Shown here one piece after another: positions 1 through 12,364 of a stretch of DNA of 64,000 nt. The notes below the pieces were generated by a model that did not search any database, was not told the DNA's origin, and worked only from the letters and a program-made list of their open reading frames with translations. Both the position numbers and the translations under genes were made by a program. The stretch spans positions 159,402,001-159,466,000 of the forward strand of contig NC_091979.1 of assembly GCF_044704955.1 (NCBI RefSeq). Direction: 5' to 3'. This DNA is from Pristiophorus japonicus (Eukaryota). Position 1 is the first letter of the stretch; each line of letters opens with the position of its first letter.

Positions 1-319
1 AAAAGGGTACTTACACTATTAATTACCAGCTCAAACTTTCTGTGGCAAGTTTAATGGCCAATTTATGTGTAAATCCAGCAAGTTCTTAAAAATCACAGGG
101 AGATTAGGGTGAGATGCAGTTTTCGTGAAGCAACATAAATCAACCAGCAAATTCTACAGATTCGCAACTCATAGAGTATCTCTTAATCACCTGAACTTGC
201 TGGCTGATTTCCACAGTAATAACGCTGTGCATTGTAAACACACTGTTATTTTTACAGCTTGATTTGGTCCAATATTTTGCATCACGCAATGTAAATAATT
301 TAAGTGCTAAAAAATTGGT

Positions 320-1050
320 TCGCAACTCCATTCCCCAACTCTGGCCAATATCTCAGGCTAAACGAGACTGTCTGCAACTTCTGCATCCTGTTCGATTCCA
401 AGCTCAGTTTCCAACCCAATATCGTCTCCACTAGAACGACCCCATTCTTCTACCATTGTAACATCTTCCAGCTACGCTCCTACCTCAGCCCATCTGCTGC
501 TGAAAGCCTGAAACATGTCTTTATTATCTCCATACTTGATTATGCCAATGATCTCCATCCTCCAGAAACTTCAGCTCTACAAAAACTCTATTGCTTGTAT
601 TCTATCCTGCACCAACTCCTGTTTGCCCTTCACTCACCGACCTACAGGGAGGTGTTGGGGGACCGGAAGCCAAAGTTAAAATTCTCGACGTTTTCTTTTC
701 ATCCTTCTACTGCCATGCCCCTCTGTATATCTTTAACTTCCTCCAGCCCTATTGCAAACCTCACACATTCTCTGTTCCTCTAACTCCTCAGCATCAACCC
801 TCCCTTTGCATCACCATTACCAGCAGTGCCTTTAGCCTCCTAGGTCCCACGCACTGGAATTACCTCCAAGGCACTCCGCATCTACAATTCCCCTTCCTTC
901 ATTAATACCCTGTTTAAAAGCCACTGCTTTGACCAGTCTTTTGGTCATCCCTCTATTCTCTCTACTTTGGCTCTATGTCCATTTTCCTCATGCTACTGTG
1001 AAGCACCTTGGGAGATTTTTCTACACGAAAACAAATTGTTGCTGGTGCTG
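320..1050 (+). mobile_element. L2 LINE 3' fragment (degenerate)
   Basis: ORF 304..783 resembles the L2 ORF2 C-terminus; ends in an L2-type tail gtgaagcaccttggga...ttgttgctg; similar to L2 at 26917-28110. Confidence 0.7.
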
Positions 1051-1412
1051 GATCCGCCTTATCAAATTCTTCATGGCTAAAAGATCCACTTGTTGAGATT
1101 TATTTTTAATATTGTAGCAGCATTTATAATAAACAAATTGAGCTTTCCTATGGATGTGGTACATAATGAGGTGGTACACAATGTCATTTACTTTTAGAGG
1201 GCTCTGCTTTAATGAGTCTTTTTCACTGACATTGTTGAACAGTTCATAAGAAAAGGTCTTAAATTAACAGAATAATGGATGTTTTGGAGTAATTAGCAAG
1301 CAGTAATCGAATTAAGCAGTTCTTATTAAAAATATTGATAGCAACACTTTATTTAAATAATCTGAGCATTGAAATTTTGATTATCAATTTAATGTACTCT
1401 TAATGACACTTA

Positions 1413-2471
1413 GGGCCCAAGTTTCCACACGATAAAAAACGGGCGCCCCTCCGAGCTGGGCGCCCGTTTTTCGCGCCTAAAACGGCGCCGGAAAAAAAAC
1501 GCGCGATTCTGGAGCGCCCTGTAGCTCCTTGTCTGTTTGGCGCGGAGCCTACACTCGCGCCGATTTTGTAAGTGGGAGGGGGCGGGTACTATTTAAATTA
1601 GTTTTTTTCCTGCCGGCAACGCTGCGCGTGCGCATTGGAGCGTTCGCGCACGCGCAGTGTGAAGGAAACATTGGCACTCAGCCATTTTTGTAGTTCTTTG
1701 TAGCTGTTTAGTTTTTGAATATTTTTTAATAAAAGCACATTGCCATCAGCACATCAGCACTGAGAAGGCTGTAGGAAGCCTCAGAAAGTTGAGGCAGCCG
1801 TTTCCCGACGACCTCCCCCTTTTGCCGTCGGGAAATGGCTCCTCAATTTCTGAGGCTTCCTGCAGCCTTCTGTCTCCTTCCCTCCCTCCCTCCCGCCGTC
1901 TGGAACGGCTTCCTCTCCCCGCTGCGTTCGATCGGTCGGACCCGCACTCCCCCCTCAACGGCCCCCCCCCCGCCCTGCGTTCGGTCCCTCCCCGCCGTCT
2001 GGAACGGCTTCCTTCCCTGCGTTCGGTCGATTGGTTCCCTCCCGCCCGCCGTCTGGAACGGCTTCCTTTCCTTCCCTTCCCCCGCGTTCGGTCGGTTCCT
2101 TCCCTCCCTCCCTCCCGCCGTCTGGAACGGCTTCCTCCCTCCTCCACCCCCCACCTCGTTCTGGACGCCTAATTTGTAACTTGCGCCTGATTTTTTAATG
2201 TGTAGAACAGGTTTTTTCAGTTCTACAAAAATCTTCACTTGCTCCATTCTAAGTTAGTTTGGAGTACGTTTTCACTGTGGAAACTTTCAAATCAGGCGTC
2301 AGTGGCCGGACACGCCCCCTTTTGAAGAAAAAATTCTGTTCCAAAGTGGAACTGTTCTACTTGACTAGAACTGCAGAAAAAAAAATGTGGAGAATTGCGA
2401 TTTCTAAGATAGTCCGTTCTCCACCAGTTGCTCCTAAAAATCAGGCGCAAATCATGTGGAAACTTGGGCCC
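1413..2471. mobile_element. Non-autonomous PIF/Harbinger-type MITE, copy 1
   Basis: TIR GGGCCCAAGTTTCCACA at both ends, TTA target duplication (1410-1412 and 2472-2474); second copy at 20172-21092. Confidence 0.88.
1880..2145. repeat. GC-rich internal repeat of MITE copy 1
   Basis: Four copies of CCCGCCGTCTGGAACGGCTTCCT separated by related GCGTTCGGTC spacers. Confidence 0.85.
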
Positions 2472-2477
2472 TTAGTG

Positions 2478-2878
2478 TCAGCTGTGGCTCAGTGAGTAGC
2501 ACTCTTGCCTCTGAGTTAGAAGGTTGTGAGTTCAAGTCCCACTCCAGAGACTTGAGCAGAAAATCCAGGCTGACAGTCCAGTGCAGTACTAGGGAGTGCT
2601 GCACTATCGAAGGTGCTGTTTTTCGGATAAGACGTTAAACCAAGGCACCGCCTGCTCTCTCAGGTGGACGTAAAAGATCCAATGGCACTACTGCAAAAAA
2701 GAGCAGGGGAGTTATCCCCGGTGTCTTGGCCAATATTTTTCCTTCATCAACATCACCAAAAAAAAAACAGATTATCTGGTCATTAACACATCGCTGTTTG
2801 TGGGAGCTTGCTATGCGCAAATTGGCTGCCACGTTTCCTACATTACAACAGTGACTACACTTCAAAAGTACTTCAGTA
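2478..2878 (+). mobile_element. tRNA-headed Deu-domain SINE (SacSINE1/AmnSINE1-like)
   Basis: A-box-like TGGCTCAGTG, B-box GTTCAAGTCC, Deu-type core (ctctcaggtggacgtaaaagatcc...gattatctggtcatt); further copies in the window. Confidence 0.8.
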
Positions 2879-4904
2879 TGTAAAAAGGAAGAGAGTAGCA
2901 AAAGTAAGCGTTTGTCCCTTAGAAGCTGAGACAGGTGAAATTATAATGGGGAATAAGGAAATTGCAGAGACTTTAAACAAATAATTTTTATCTGTCTTCA
3001 CAGTACAAGACACAAAAAGCCTACCAAAAATAGTGGGGAACCAAGGGGCGTGAGGAACTTAAAATAATTAATATTAGTAGAGAAAAAGTACTGGAGAAAC
3101 TAATGGGAGAAAAAGCAGAAAAATCCCCTGGACCTGATGGCCTCCACCCTTTTGTTCTAAAAGAGGTGACTGCAGAGATAATGGATGCATTGATCATTTT
3201 CTCCCAAAACGCTGGTGATTCTAGAATGGTCTCAGCAGACTGGAAGATAGCAAATGTAACCCAGCTATTCAAGAAAGAAGGGAGAGAGAAAACAGGGTAC
3301 TTACAGGCCAGTTAGCCGGACATCAGACTTTGGGAAAATCATAATATGATTCGGCAGAGTCAACATGGCTTTATGAAAGGGAAATAGCATTTAAAAAATT
3401 TATTAAAGAGTTTTTTAGGGATGTAACTAGTAGGGTAGATAAAGGAGAACCAGTATATTTGGATATCCAAAAGGCGTTATCCCTGGAATATCACTAGAAT
3501 TTAGACGGTTATGGGGTGATCTGATCGAAGTTTTCAAATTATTAAGATAGATAGAGAGAAACTACTTCCGCTAGTTGGGGATTCTAGGACTAGGGGGCAG
3601 TCGAAAAATTAGAGCCAGACTTTTCAGGTGTGAAATTAGGAAACACTTCTACAGACAAAGGGGCCGAAATTGGTCGATGCATAAGGTCCGCCCATTTCTC
3701 GGCAGTAGACCGAAGAGGACAAAATTGGTCAAAACATTTTTGGCGGTATGTTGGGGCAGAGGTCGTGGCCAAGGAAAGTAAAAGGTCTTTTTGTTGTAAT
3801 TGAAGTATGATTTGTAAAAGTTTATTAAAGTTGTAAAAGTTTTGTTAAAGTTGTTATTAATGTTGTTAAAGTTTTGTTAAAGTTGTTACAGTTGTTTTAT
3901 AGTTATAAGTTTTACAAAGTTTTTAAATTATTGTATATTTTTGACATTTTTACATAAACGTTTGAATTGAATTCAAGCACTCGTGTACAGTGTCAAACTT
4001 TTGGGGTAACAGTCATCTGGGTCCCAAAATGCAGCTCTCTATATTCAAGGAAAGCGTTCATTTATGAGCTGCTGACGTAACAATTTTGCAGTGGCATACG
4101 CTCTGCGAACACTCCGCTGTGGTGTTGGGTGTGGGGGGGCGGGGGGTGAGGGGTGATGGTGCCATGGGTTCATCTGCAAGCTCCTCATCATCCTCCTGCC
4201 CCTCATTGTCCTCTTCTTCCTCCTCCGTCTCCTGCACTCTCTCCTCAGGTGGCCCCGCAGTCCCCTGTGGCAATTCCTGTCCCCGCATGATTGCTAAATT
4301 ATGCAACATGCAGCACACCACTGTGAACTGAGCAACCTGCACAGGGTGGTATTACAGCCTGCCTCCCAAGTGGTCCAAGCATCGAAAGCACTCCAATTGT
4401 CTTTTCAATGATGTTACGTGTGGCTACATGGCTCTTATTGTATCGTTGCTTGGGTTCTGTGTGAGGTTTCAGCTGGGGGGGGGGGGGGGTCAAGAGCCAG
4501 GTGGCAAAGCCATATCCTTTGTCCCCCCCAGCACCCAGCATTTACCTTGTGGCTCAGACTTGAACAGGTCAGACACAGTGCTCTCATGCAAGATGTGCGC
4601 ATCATGGATGCTCCCTGGAAAGTTGGCATTCACTGCCATTATGTGCTGTGTATGGTCGCATACGAGCTGCACGCTGAGAGAGTGAAATCCCTTACGGTTT
4701 CGGTACACCTCTGCCTCCTGTAATGGTGCTCGCAGGGCAACATGGGTACAGTCAATAGCACCCTGCACCTTGGGAAAGCCAGCAATGCGTGCAAATCCCA
4801 AATCCCTGTCACTCTGTGCCTCCCTGGTCACTGGGATGTTTATAAATTCCATCCAGATTGCATACAGTGCTTTGGTTACCTGTCGAATGCATCGATGAGT
4901 AGCG

Positions 4905-5570
4905 AATTGAGAAACAGATCATATGTTTAAGAGATGGTTGGATGGGCACTTAAAGTGCCGTATGCTGCAGGGTTACGGACCTAGAGCTGGTAATTGGGAT
5001 TAGGCTGGATAACCTCTTGTTGGCCGGCGCAGATATGATGGTAACCATAATTTTAAAAAATCCACGCATAGGCATCTCCCACCCCCTCAATTGGAGTTCA
5101 GGACTGCAACATCGGGTCCTTCATTGAAACATCTGTGAACTCATGTGGAAGCAAATCATCCTCATTTGAGGGACCGCCTATGATGATGATGATGGTAAGT
5201 ACTGCAGGGAATTGAATACGGCCAGGGTGATCTCCTTGTCTTGTTTCGATCGCCTGGATGGATCGAAGAGGAATTTTCCCAGATATTTCCCCCCAAATCG
5301 GCCTGGATTTTTATCTGGTTTTTGCCTCTCCCAGGTGATCACATGGCTCCGGTTGGGGTGGAGTGTAGAATGTCTCAGTGTAAGGGGTGTCACAGTTGTG
5401 TGGGACGGACTGGTTGGGCTGGGTGCTCTTTACCTTTCCGCCTTTGTTCATTGGCTTACATGTAACCTTTAGGGCTGCTGACCGAGGGCCGCGTGGCTCT
5501 TTGTCGGCCTGCACAGACACGATGGGCCGAAATGGCCTCCTTCTGCACTGTAAATTTCTATGTTTCTATG
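4905..5570 (+). mobile_element. CR1-type LINE 3' fragment inserted in the Harbinger transposase
   Basis: Ends in CR1-like tail gggccgaaatggcctccttctgcactgtaaatttctatgtttctatg; interrupts the transposase between GSFQ and RCIRQVT. Confidence 0.7.
5045..5188 (+). mobile_element. Short RTE-tail retroposon (SINE or truncated LINE)
   Basis: tggaagcaaatcatcctc...gaccgccta(tga)n resembles the 3' end of the RTE at ~11980-12020; flanked by the 10-bp direct repeat ATGATGGTAA (5035-5044, 5189-5198). Confidence 0.7.
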
Positions 5571-7091
5571 TCCTCAGCTGATGCCTGAAAAGAGCCACAT
5601 GCATAATAGGAATGTGCCGCAGTCACCTTCATCTCCACAGAGAGTGCAGTAATGTTGGTGGTACAGGGCTGCAGGTCTGCCTTAATGAGCTAGCAAATCT
5701 CAGTGATGACCTCTGTTCGGAAGAGCAGCCTTCGATCACCTTGTTGATCGGTCAAGTCCAAGTATGTACGCTTCTCCCTGAAATTCCTTCGCGTGTAAGG
5801 CTTCCTCCTCCTCATCATCATCATTCTGCAACCTCCTCCATTAACTTTATAACTCTGCTCAATAAACTTTCTCACATCTGGATCCTCCATTAGACGGTTG
5901 TCAGCAATGCAGGCTGAGATAATACAGGCCCCATTCTTTTCAAATCTCCACAATATTTTTCGATTAAACAAATATACCTAAAATGCCTTCGATCTTTCCA
6001 AGTTACACAATAACAATAAAAATACCTTTTCCAATCTAAATCGCACTGTAAAATCACTGTTCATCTCAGAAATACAGAGGTGCTTTTTAGTTGATAATTT
6101 CCGATTTCCAAAATAACGGATCCGTGCACTCCGCTCATTTCCGCCCACTTAACATCGCATAAAACCACCTTTTCCAGGACGGTATGCAACTCCGGTGGTA
6201 TGTCGGCGGTATGCGATGAAAATCGGACTTTTTGGGCGGTATGTAGGTGTTTTTTGACCAAAATTGCATTTATCGGCGGTACGCTGGCGGTAGGGGGGGT
6301 ATGTTAATCAATTTCGGCCCCAAAGGGTGGTAACAGCTTGGAACTCTCTTTCGCAAATGGCAATTATTGCTAGATCAATTGTTAATTTTAAATCTGAGAT
6401 TGATAGCTTTTTGTTAACCAAAGGTATTAAGGGATATGGGCCAAAGGCGAGTATATGGAGTTAGGTCACAGATCAGCCAGGATCTCAGTGAATGACGGAA
6501 TAGGCTCAAGGGGCTGAATGGCCTACTCCAGTTCCTATGCATTTGATAAGGTGCCACATAAAAGGTTGCTATCTGAGACAAGGGCTCATGGGTTTGGGAG
6601 TAATATATTAGCATGGGTAGAGGATTGGTTAATGGACAGAAAACAGAGAGTAGGGATAAATGGATCAATTTCCGGTTGGTAGGCTGCAACTAGAGGGGTG
6701 CCGCATCGATCAGTTCTTGGACCTCAGCTATTCACAATCTATATTAATAACGAGTGCAGTTCATCCAAGTTTGCTGATGATACAAAGCTAAGTGGAAAAG
6801 TAAGCTGTAAGGAGGACACAAAGAGCCTACAAAGGGATATAGACAGGTTAAGTGAGTGGGCAAAAAGGTGGCAGATGGAGTATAATGTGGGGAAGTGTGA
6901 GGTTATTCAATTTAGTAGGAATAATAGAAGCACAGAGTATTTTTTTGAAATGGTGAGAAACTATTAAAAGTTGATATTCAAAGGGATTTGATTGTCTTTG
7001 TACATGAAACACAAGAAGTTAAAATGCAGGCACTGCAAGCAATTAGGAAGGCAAATGGTATGTTGGCCTTTACTGCAAGGGGGTTGGAGTA

Positions 7092-7983
7092 CAGGTGCAG
7101 TGTCCAAAATCCGTAGTTCCGGAATCCGGACCGATCAGTGGCAGGGTCGTCCGGAATCCGTAAAATGTTCCAGAATCCGGACCCGCCGACCCTGCAGCCC
7201 CACCGCTGCCTGACCACGGGCCTCGCCGCCGCTCGCCTCTGCTGCCCTTACCTCGGGGACTCCTCACCGCCCCAACAACTCCTCTGCGACGGGGCTCGCC
7301 GGCCGAACACTTCCTTGGCAGCGGGACCCCGCTCAAACACCTCCTTGGCGTAGGGCCCTGCCCGAACAGCTCCTCCATGGCAGGCTCCCACCCGAACACC
7401 TTCTCCTCGGCGGGGCCCCGCCCAAACACCTTCTCCTCGGCGGGGCCCCGCCCGAACACCTTCACCTCGGCGGGGCCCCGCCCAAACACCTTCTTCTCGG
7501 CGGGGCCCCGCCCAAACACCTTCTCCTCGGCGGGCCCCGCCCAAACACCTTCTCCTCGGCGGGGCCCCGCCCAAACACCTTCTCCTCGGCGGGGCCCCGC
7601 CCAAACACCTTCTCCTCGGCGGGGCCCCGCCCAAACACCTTCTCGGCGGGGCCCCGCCCAAACACCTTCTCCTCGGCGGGGCCCCGCCCAAACACCTTCT
7701 CCTCGGCGGGGCCCCGCCCAAACACCTTCTCCTCGGCGGGGCCCCGCCCAAACACCTTCTCCTTGGCGGGGCACCGCCCGAACAGCTCCACCTCGACGGG
7801 GCCGGCGGCCCGAACAGCTCCTCGGCGGAGGGGGAACCCACCTTTCTGACATTATGAAATCCAGAAATACCCGAACCTGGGCTCGGATGTTTCCGAATTC
7901 TTGACGTCAGAAAGACGATCCAAAGTCCGGGAAAACGCGGAATCCGGAACGGCCTCGGTCCCGGATTCTGGATGTTGCACCTG
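7092..7983. mobile_element. Tc1/mariner-pogo (Tigger-like) MITE
   Basis: TIRs CAGGTGCAGTGTCCAAAATCCG / CGGATTCTGGATGTTGCACCTG, TA target duplication (7090-7091, 7984-7985), subterminal TCCGGA motifs. Confidence 0.85.
7270..7830. repeat. 30-bp GC-rich minisatellite (CGGCGGGGCCCCGCCCAAACACCTTCTCCT)n
   Basis: About a dozen near-identical central units plus degenerate flanking units; produces the repetitive ORFs in several frames. Confidence 0.95.
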
Positions 7984-8809
7984 TACAAGAGTAAGGACGT
8001 CTTAGTACAATTGTACAGGGCTTTGGTGACACCACACCTGGAGTACTGTGCACAGTTTTGGTCTTCTTATCTGAGAAAGAACAAGCATGCCTTATTGGCG
8101 GTGCAACAAAGGTTCAGTAGATTGATCCCTGGGATGAGAGGGTTGTCCAATGAGGAGAGATTGAGTAGATTGGGCCGAGACTCTCTGGAATTCTGATGAT
8201 CTCATTGAAACATATAAGATTCTGAGGGGGATTGACAAGGTAGATGCTGAGAGGTTGTATCCACTGGCTGCAGAGTTTAGAACTGGGGGCACAGTCTCAG
8301 GACAAGGTGTCAGCCATTTAAGACTGAGATGAGGAGGAATTTCTTCACTCAGAGGGTTGTAAAACTTTGGAATTCTCTACCCAAAATAGCTGTGGATGCT
8401 AAGTCGTTGAGTATATTCAAGACTGAGATAGATAGATTTTTGGACTCTAGGGGAAATCAAGAAGTATGGGAATCGAGCAGGAAAGTGTTGAGGTTGAAGA
8501 TCAGCCATGATCTTATTGAATGGCAGAGGAGGCTTGATGGGCCATATGGCCTATTCCTGCTCAGAATTCTTATGTTCTTATTGGCTATAAAGCAATTTGA
8601 GATGTCCTGAAGTTGTGAAGGGTGCTATATAAATGCAAGTCTTTCTTACTCCCTTACATTTATTGTTTCTGTGTTGTCAAAACTGTTACTGGGCTCTGCA
8701 AATTTTGTTTGATAATGCTTCTGTGAAGCGCCTTGGGGTGTTTTACTACATTGAAGGTGCTATATAAATACAAGTTGTTGTTGTTGCATCTCTGATGTGA
8801 AATCATCAG

Positions 8810-11800
8810 CACAAACAGCACTAACGCTGGTAAGCAACGGCCACCCCATTCACGCACAGGCACCTTCCACCCTTCAAAATGAAAGACGGGACCTGGAACG
8901 TCAGGACCCTCATGGACAATCCCAATAGTGACAGATCGGAATGCAGTACTGCTATCATTGCCTGGGAGCTCAGACGTTTCGACATCAACGCCCTAAGCGA
9001 GACACGGCAGGCAGAGGAAGGCCAGCTCAAGGAACAAGGTGGTGGTTACACCTTCTTCTGGAAAGGTAAACCAGAAGAACGCCACCTCCATGGGGTAGGC
9101 TTCACCATAAAAAATGAACTAGTTGGCCGACTCAGAGACTCCCCTTGCGGGATAAACGAACACCTCATGACTCTTCGGCTCACCCTTGCCCGGAACCAGT
9201 GCGCTACGGTCTTCAGCGCGTACGCCCCAACACTAGAAGTTATAGATGAGACCAAAGAGGAGCTCTACTCCAGCCTCGAATGATCCATATCCCGAGTACC
9301 AACAGGCGACAAGCTGATCCTCCTGGGCAATTTTAACGCCAGCGTTGGAAAGGGCACAGACCTCTGGGGAGGTGTGCATTGGCAGAGAGGAGTTAGGGAA
9401 AACCAACTCCAACAGTACCCTCCGCCTGAAAAAATGGTGAGAACATGGCCTTGTCATAACCAACACTCTGTTCCGTCAGAAAGACAAGTATAAGGCTTCA
9501 TGGCAGCACCCTTGCTCCAAGCACTGACATCTGCTGGACTACATCATCGTCCGAGCGAGGAACTGCAAGGACGTGCGCATCACGCGCGCCATGACAGGAG
9601 CTGATAACTGCTGGATTGTCCACTGCCTAATCCGCTCTGTCATCACCATCAACGTAGCCCCAAAACAGTGACGGCAACAGAAACAATGCCGCAGGAAAAT
9701 CAATGCTGGAACACTCCAAAACCCTATTCAGCCAGTGCCTCACTGCCAACCTGACGACTCCCAGTGAGTGGCTCAGAGATGCAGAATGTCCACAGCACCT
9801 GGTCTGCCCTCAAGGTCACCATAATTAACACCTGTGAAGAGACACTCGGTCACTTGACCAGGAAACACCAAGACTGGTTCGACGGGAACGACCAAGAGAT
9901 CCAGGGGCTAATAAACCGCAACCACAAGGCATTCTTGAACTGGAAACAGCAACACAACTCGAGAGCAATAAAGCAGGCCAAGATCCAACAAAAACCTCGC
10001 AATCTAAAGAACAGATGGTGGGTGGAGAAAGCGCAGGAGATCCAGCAACTAGCCAACAACCAAGACATACGTGGATTCTTCAGCGCATTAAGATCACCTA
10101 CAGCCCAAGCACCTAAGGCCCTATCCCACTGCTGGCAAAGAACGGAGAAGTACTCATCAAGGACAGAGAGGCAGTCAGTGCTCACTGGAAGGAGCACTTC
10201 GAAGATTTCCTCAACCGAGACTCTGTCTTCGACGTGAGTGTCCTCGACTCCATCCCGCAGCATGTTACCCGCCACCATCTCAGCACACCCCAGCTCGGCA
10301 TGAGGTAGAAAAGGCTATTCAATAACTGAAGAACAACAAGGTCTCAGGAGCAGATGAAATCCCCACCGAAACACTAAAACATAGTGGAGAAGTACTATCA
10401 GCGCGAATACACAATCTCATTTCTCGCATTTGGAAGGAGGAGAGCATGCCAGGGGATCTCAGAGATGCCGTAATTGTGACCAAGAAAGGCGACAATTGCG
10501 GTAACTACAGAGGAGTTTCCCTGCTGTCTGCCACAGGGAAAGTCATTGTAAGAATCCTCCTCAATCGCCTTCTCCCCTGTGGCTGAAGAGCTGCTCCCAG
10601 AGTCGAAATGTGGATTCCGCCTACTAAGGGGCACAATGGACATGATCCTCATCACGTGGCAAATCCAAGAGAAATACAGGAAACAGCACCAACCCCTGTA
10701 CATGGCCTTCTTTGACCTCACAAAAGCCTTCAACACTGTCAACCGTGAGGGATTATGGAGCGTCCTCCTCAAATTCGGCTGCTCTCAAACATTTTTTACC
10801 ATCCTTCCCCTGCATCACAATGACATGTAAGCCGTGATCCTGACCAACGGATCCACCACATATCCAATTCACATTCGGATCGGGGTCAAGCAAGGCTGTG
10901 TCATTGCACCAACGCTCTTCTCGATCTTCCTTGCTGCAATGCTCCATCTCATCCTCGGTAAGCTCCCCGCTGGAGTGGAGCTAAACTATAGAATGGGAAA
11001 CTGTTCAACCTCCGCTGCCTCCAGGCCAGATCCAAGATTGTCCCATCCTGTCATTGAATTACAGTACACAGACGATGCCTGCGTCTGTGCACACTCGGAG
11101 ACCGAACTCCAAGCCATCATCAACACCTTCACTGAATCGTACGAGAGCATGGGCCTTACACTAAACATCCATAAGACAAAGGTCCTCTACCAATTTGCCA
11201 CCGCTATGCAGCACTGCTCCCCGAATATCAAAATCCACAACGAGGCCTTGGACAACATGGACCATTTTCCATACCTCGGGAGCCGACTGTCAACCAGGGC
11301 AGACATCGATGACGAAGTCCAACGCCGCCTTCAGTGTGCCAGTGCAGCCTTCGGTCGCCTGAGGAAGAGAGTGTTTGAAGACCAGGTCCTCAAACCTGAC
11401 ATCAAGCTCATGGTCTACAGAGCAGTGGTGATACCCACCCTCCTATATGCCTGAGAGACATGGACTATATACAGCAGGCACCTCAAAGCACTGAAGAAGT
11501 ACCACCTACGCTGCCTCCGCAGGATTCTGCAAATCCATTGGCAGGATAGGCGTACTAACGTCAGTGTTCTCGCTCAGGCCAACATCCCCAACATCGAAGT
11601 ACTGGCCACGCTCAATCAGCTCCATTGGGCGGGCCACGTCATCCACATGCCCGATACGAGACTCCCAAAACAAGCACTCTGCTCGGAGCTCCGACACGGC
11701 AAGCGAGCCCCAGGTGGGCAGAGGAAACGCTTCAAGGACACTCTCAAAGCCTCCTTGAAAAAGTGCAACATCCCCACCAACACCTGGGAATCGCTGGCCC

Positions 11801-12022
11801 AAGACCGCACAAAGTGGAGGAAAAGCATCTGGGAAGGCGCCGAACACCTTGAGTCTCTACACCGAGAACAAGCTGAAACCAAGTGTAAACAGCAGAAGGA
11901 GCGCACGGCAACCCAACAACCCCACCCACCCATCCCTTCAACCACTGTCTGCCCCACCCGTCACGAGAATTCATTTTTAGTGTGGAAGCAAGTCATCCTC
12001 GGCTCCGAGTGACTGCCTAAGA
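8810..12022 (+). mobile_element. RTE-clade LINE, near full-length ORF, degenerate
   Basis: APE endonuclease (GTWNVRTL...ALSET...SAYAPT), RT (FFDLTKAFNTV, GVKQGCVIAPTLF, YTDD), C-terminal RWAGHV-type/LPKQ region; many stops and frameshifts. Confidence 0.9.
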
Positions 12023-12364
12023 GAACGGTGCTGATATCACTAATACTAGTTTGATTACCAGGACATTTTAACAGAAGTTATTGCTGTATGTGTCGCCAAT
12101 GGATGTGATGTGACTCATACTGTGTACAGACCTCTGCATTTCAGATGTTGCTTTATCCATTTGAGGTTACAGCTTGAACTGTGGATTGATGTGTTTTACA
12201 ACAAATTGCCAAGCAATCAAAGTTTGATCTTTGTTGAAAGTCACACAGTTGATATTTTTAGAAAAGTTATGTAAAGTTTAGAATGAAGACGAGTAATCAC
12301 TTAAAAAAATGAAGAATTTATGATGTCCATACACAGTGGAAGGATGCTGCTATAAAGTGAACAT

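Larger units (their letters stand above)
3660..6321 (-). mobile_element. Degenerate PIF/Harbinger DNA transposon with transposase remnants
   Basis: TIRs GGGGCCGAAATTG / CAATTTCGGCCCC with AAA target duplication; minus-strand fragments GAIDCTHV, FPGSIHDA, GDKGY, CCMLHN, YYACGSFQ (ORFs 4058-4852, 5690-5971) broken by frameshifts and an insertion. Confidence 0.9.
2880..6540 (+). mobile_element. Degenerate CR1 LINE split by the Harbinger insertion at 3660-6321
   Basis: KSPGPDGLHP motif (ORF 3103..3315); sequence ttctacagacaaa|gggtggtaa rejoins across the insertion; CR1 tail ends ~6540. Confidence 0.8.
6541..8580 (+). mobile_element. CR1 LINE RT/3' fragment interrupted by a pogo/Tigger-type MITE
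   Basis: [13 protein letters not shown]...KFADDTKL (ORF 6698..6967), LYRALVTPHLEYC; GLEY|KSK rejoins across 7092-7983. Confidence 0.88.

Noticed and set aside
1746-2247. Overlapping Arg/Pro/Gly-rich ORFs, and repeat-spacer layout of CCCGCCGTCTGGAACGGCTTCCT
   Set aside because: They lie inside a MITE; spacers are related to one another and the ORFs are low-complexity by-products.
2478-2545. tRNA gene
   Set aside because: A/B-box head continues directly into a SINE body repeated several times in the window.
4058-5971. Domesticated HARBI1 gene
   Set aside because: Frameshifts, a LINE insertion in the coding region and intact TIRs with TSD show a decayed transposon.
7270-7830. 30-bp repeats as a CRISPR array, or repetitive proteins from ORFs 7070..7852, 7248..7988, 7377..7904
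   Set aside because: Units are head-to-tail with no unique spacers, the context is eukaryotic, and the ORFs are open in several frames only because the GC-rich unit lacks stops.
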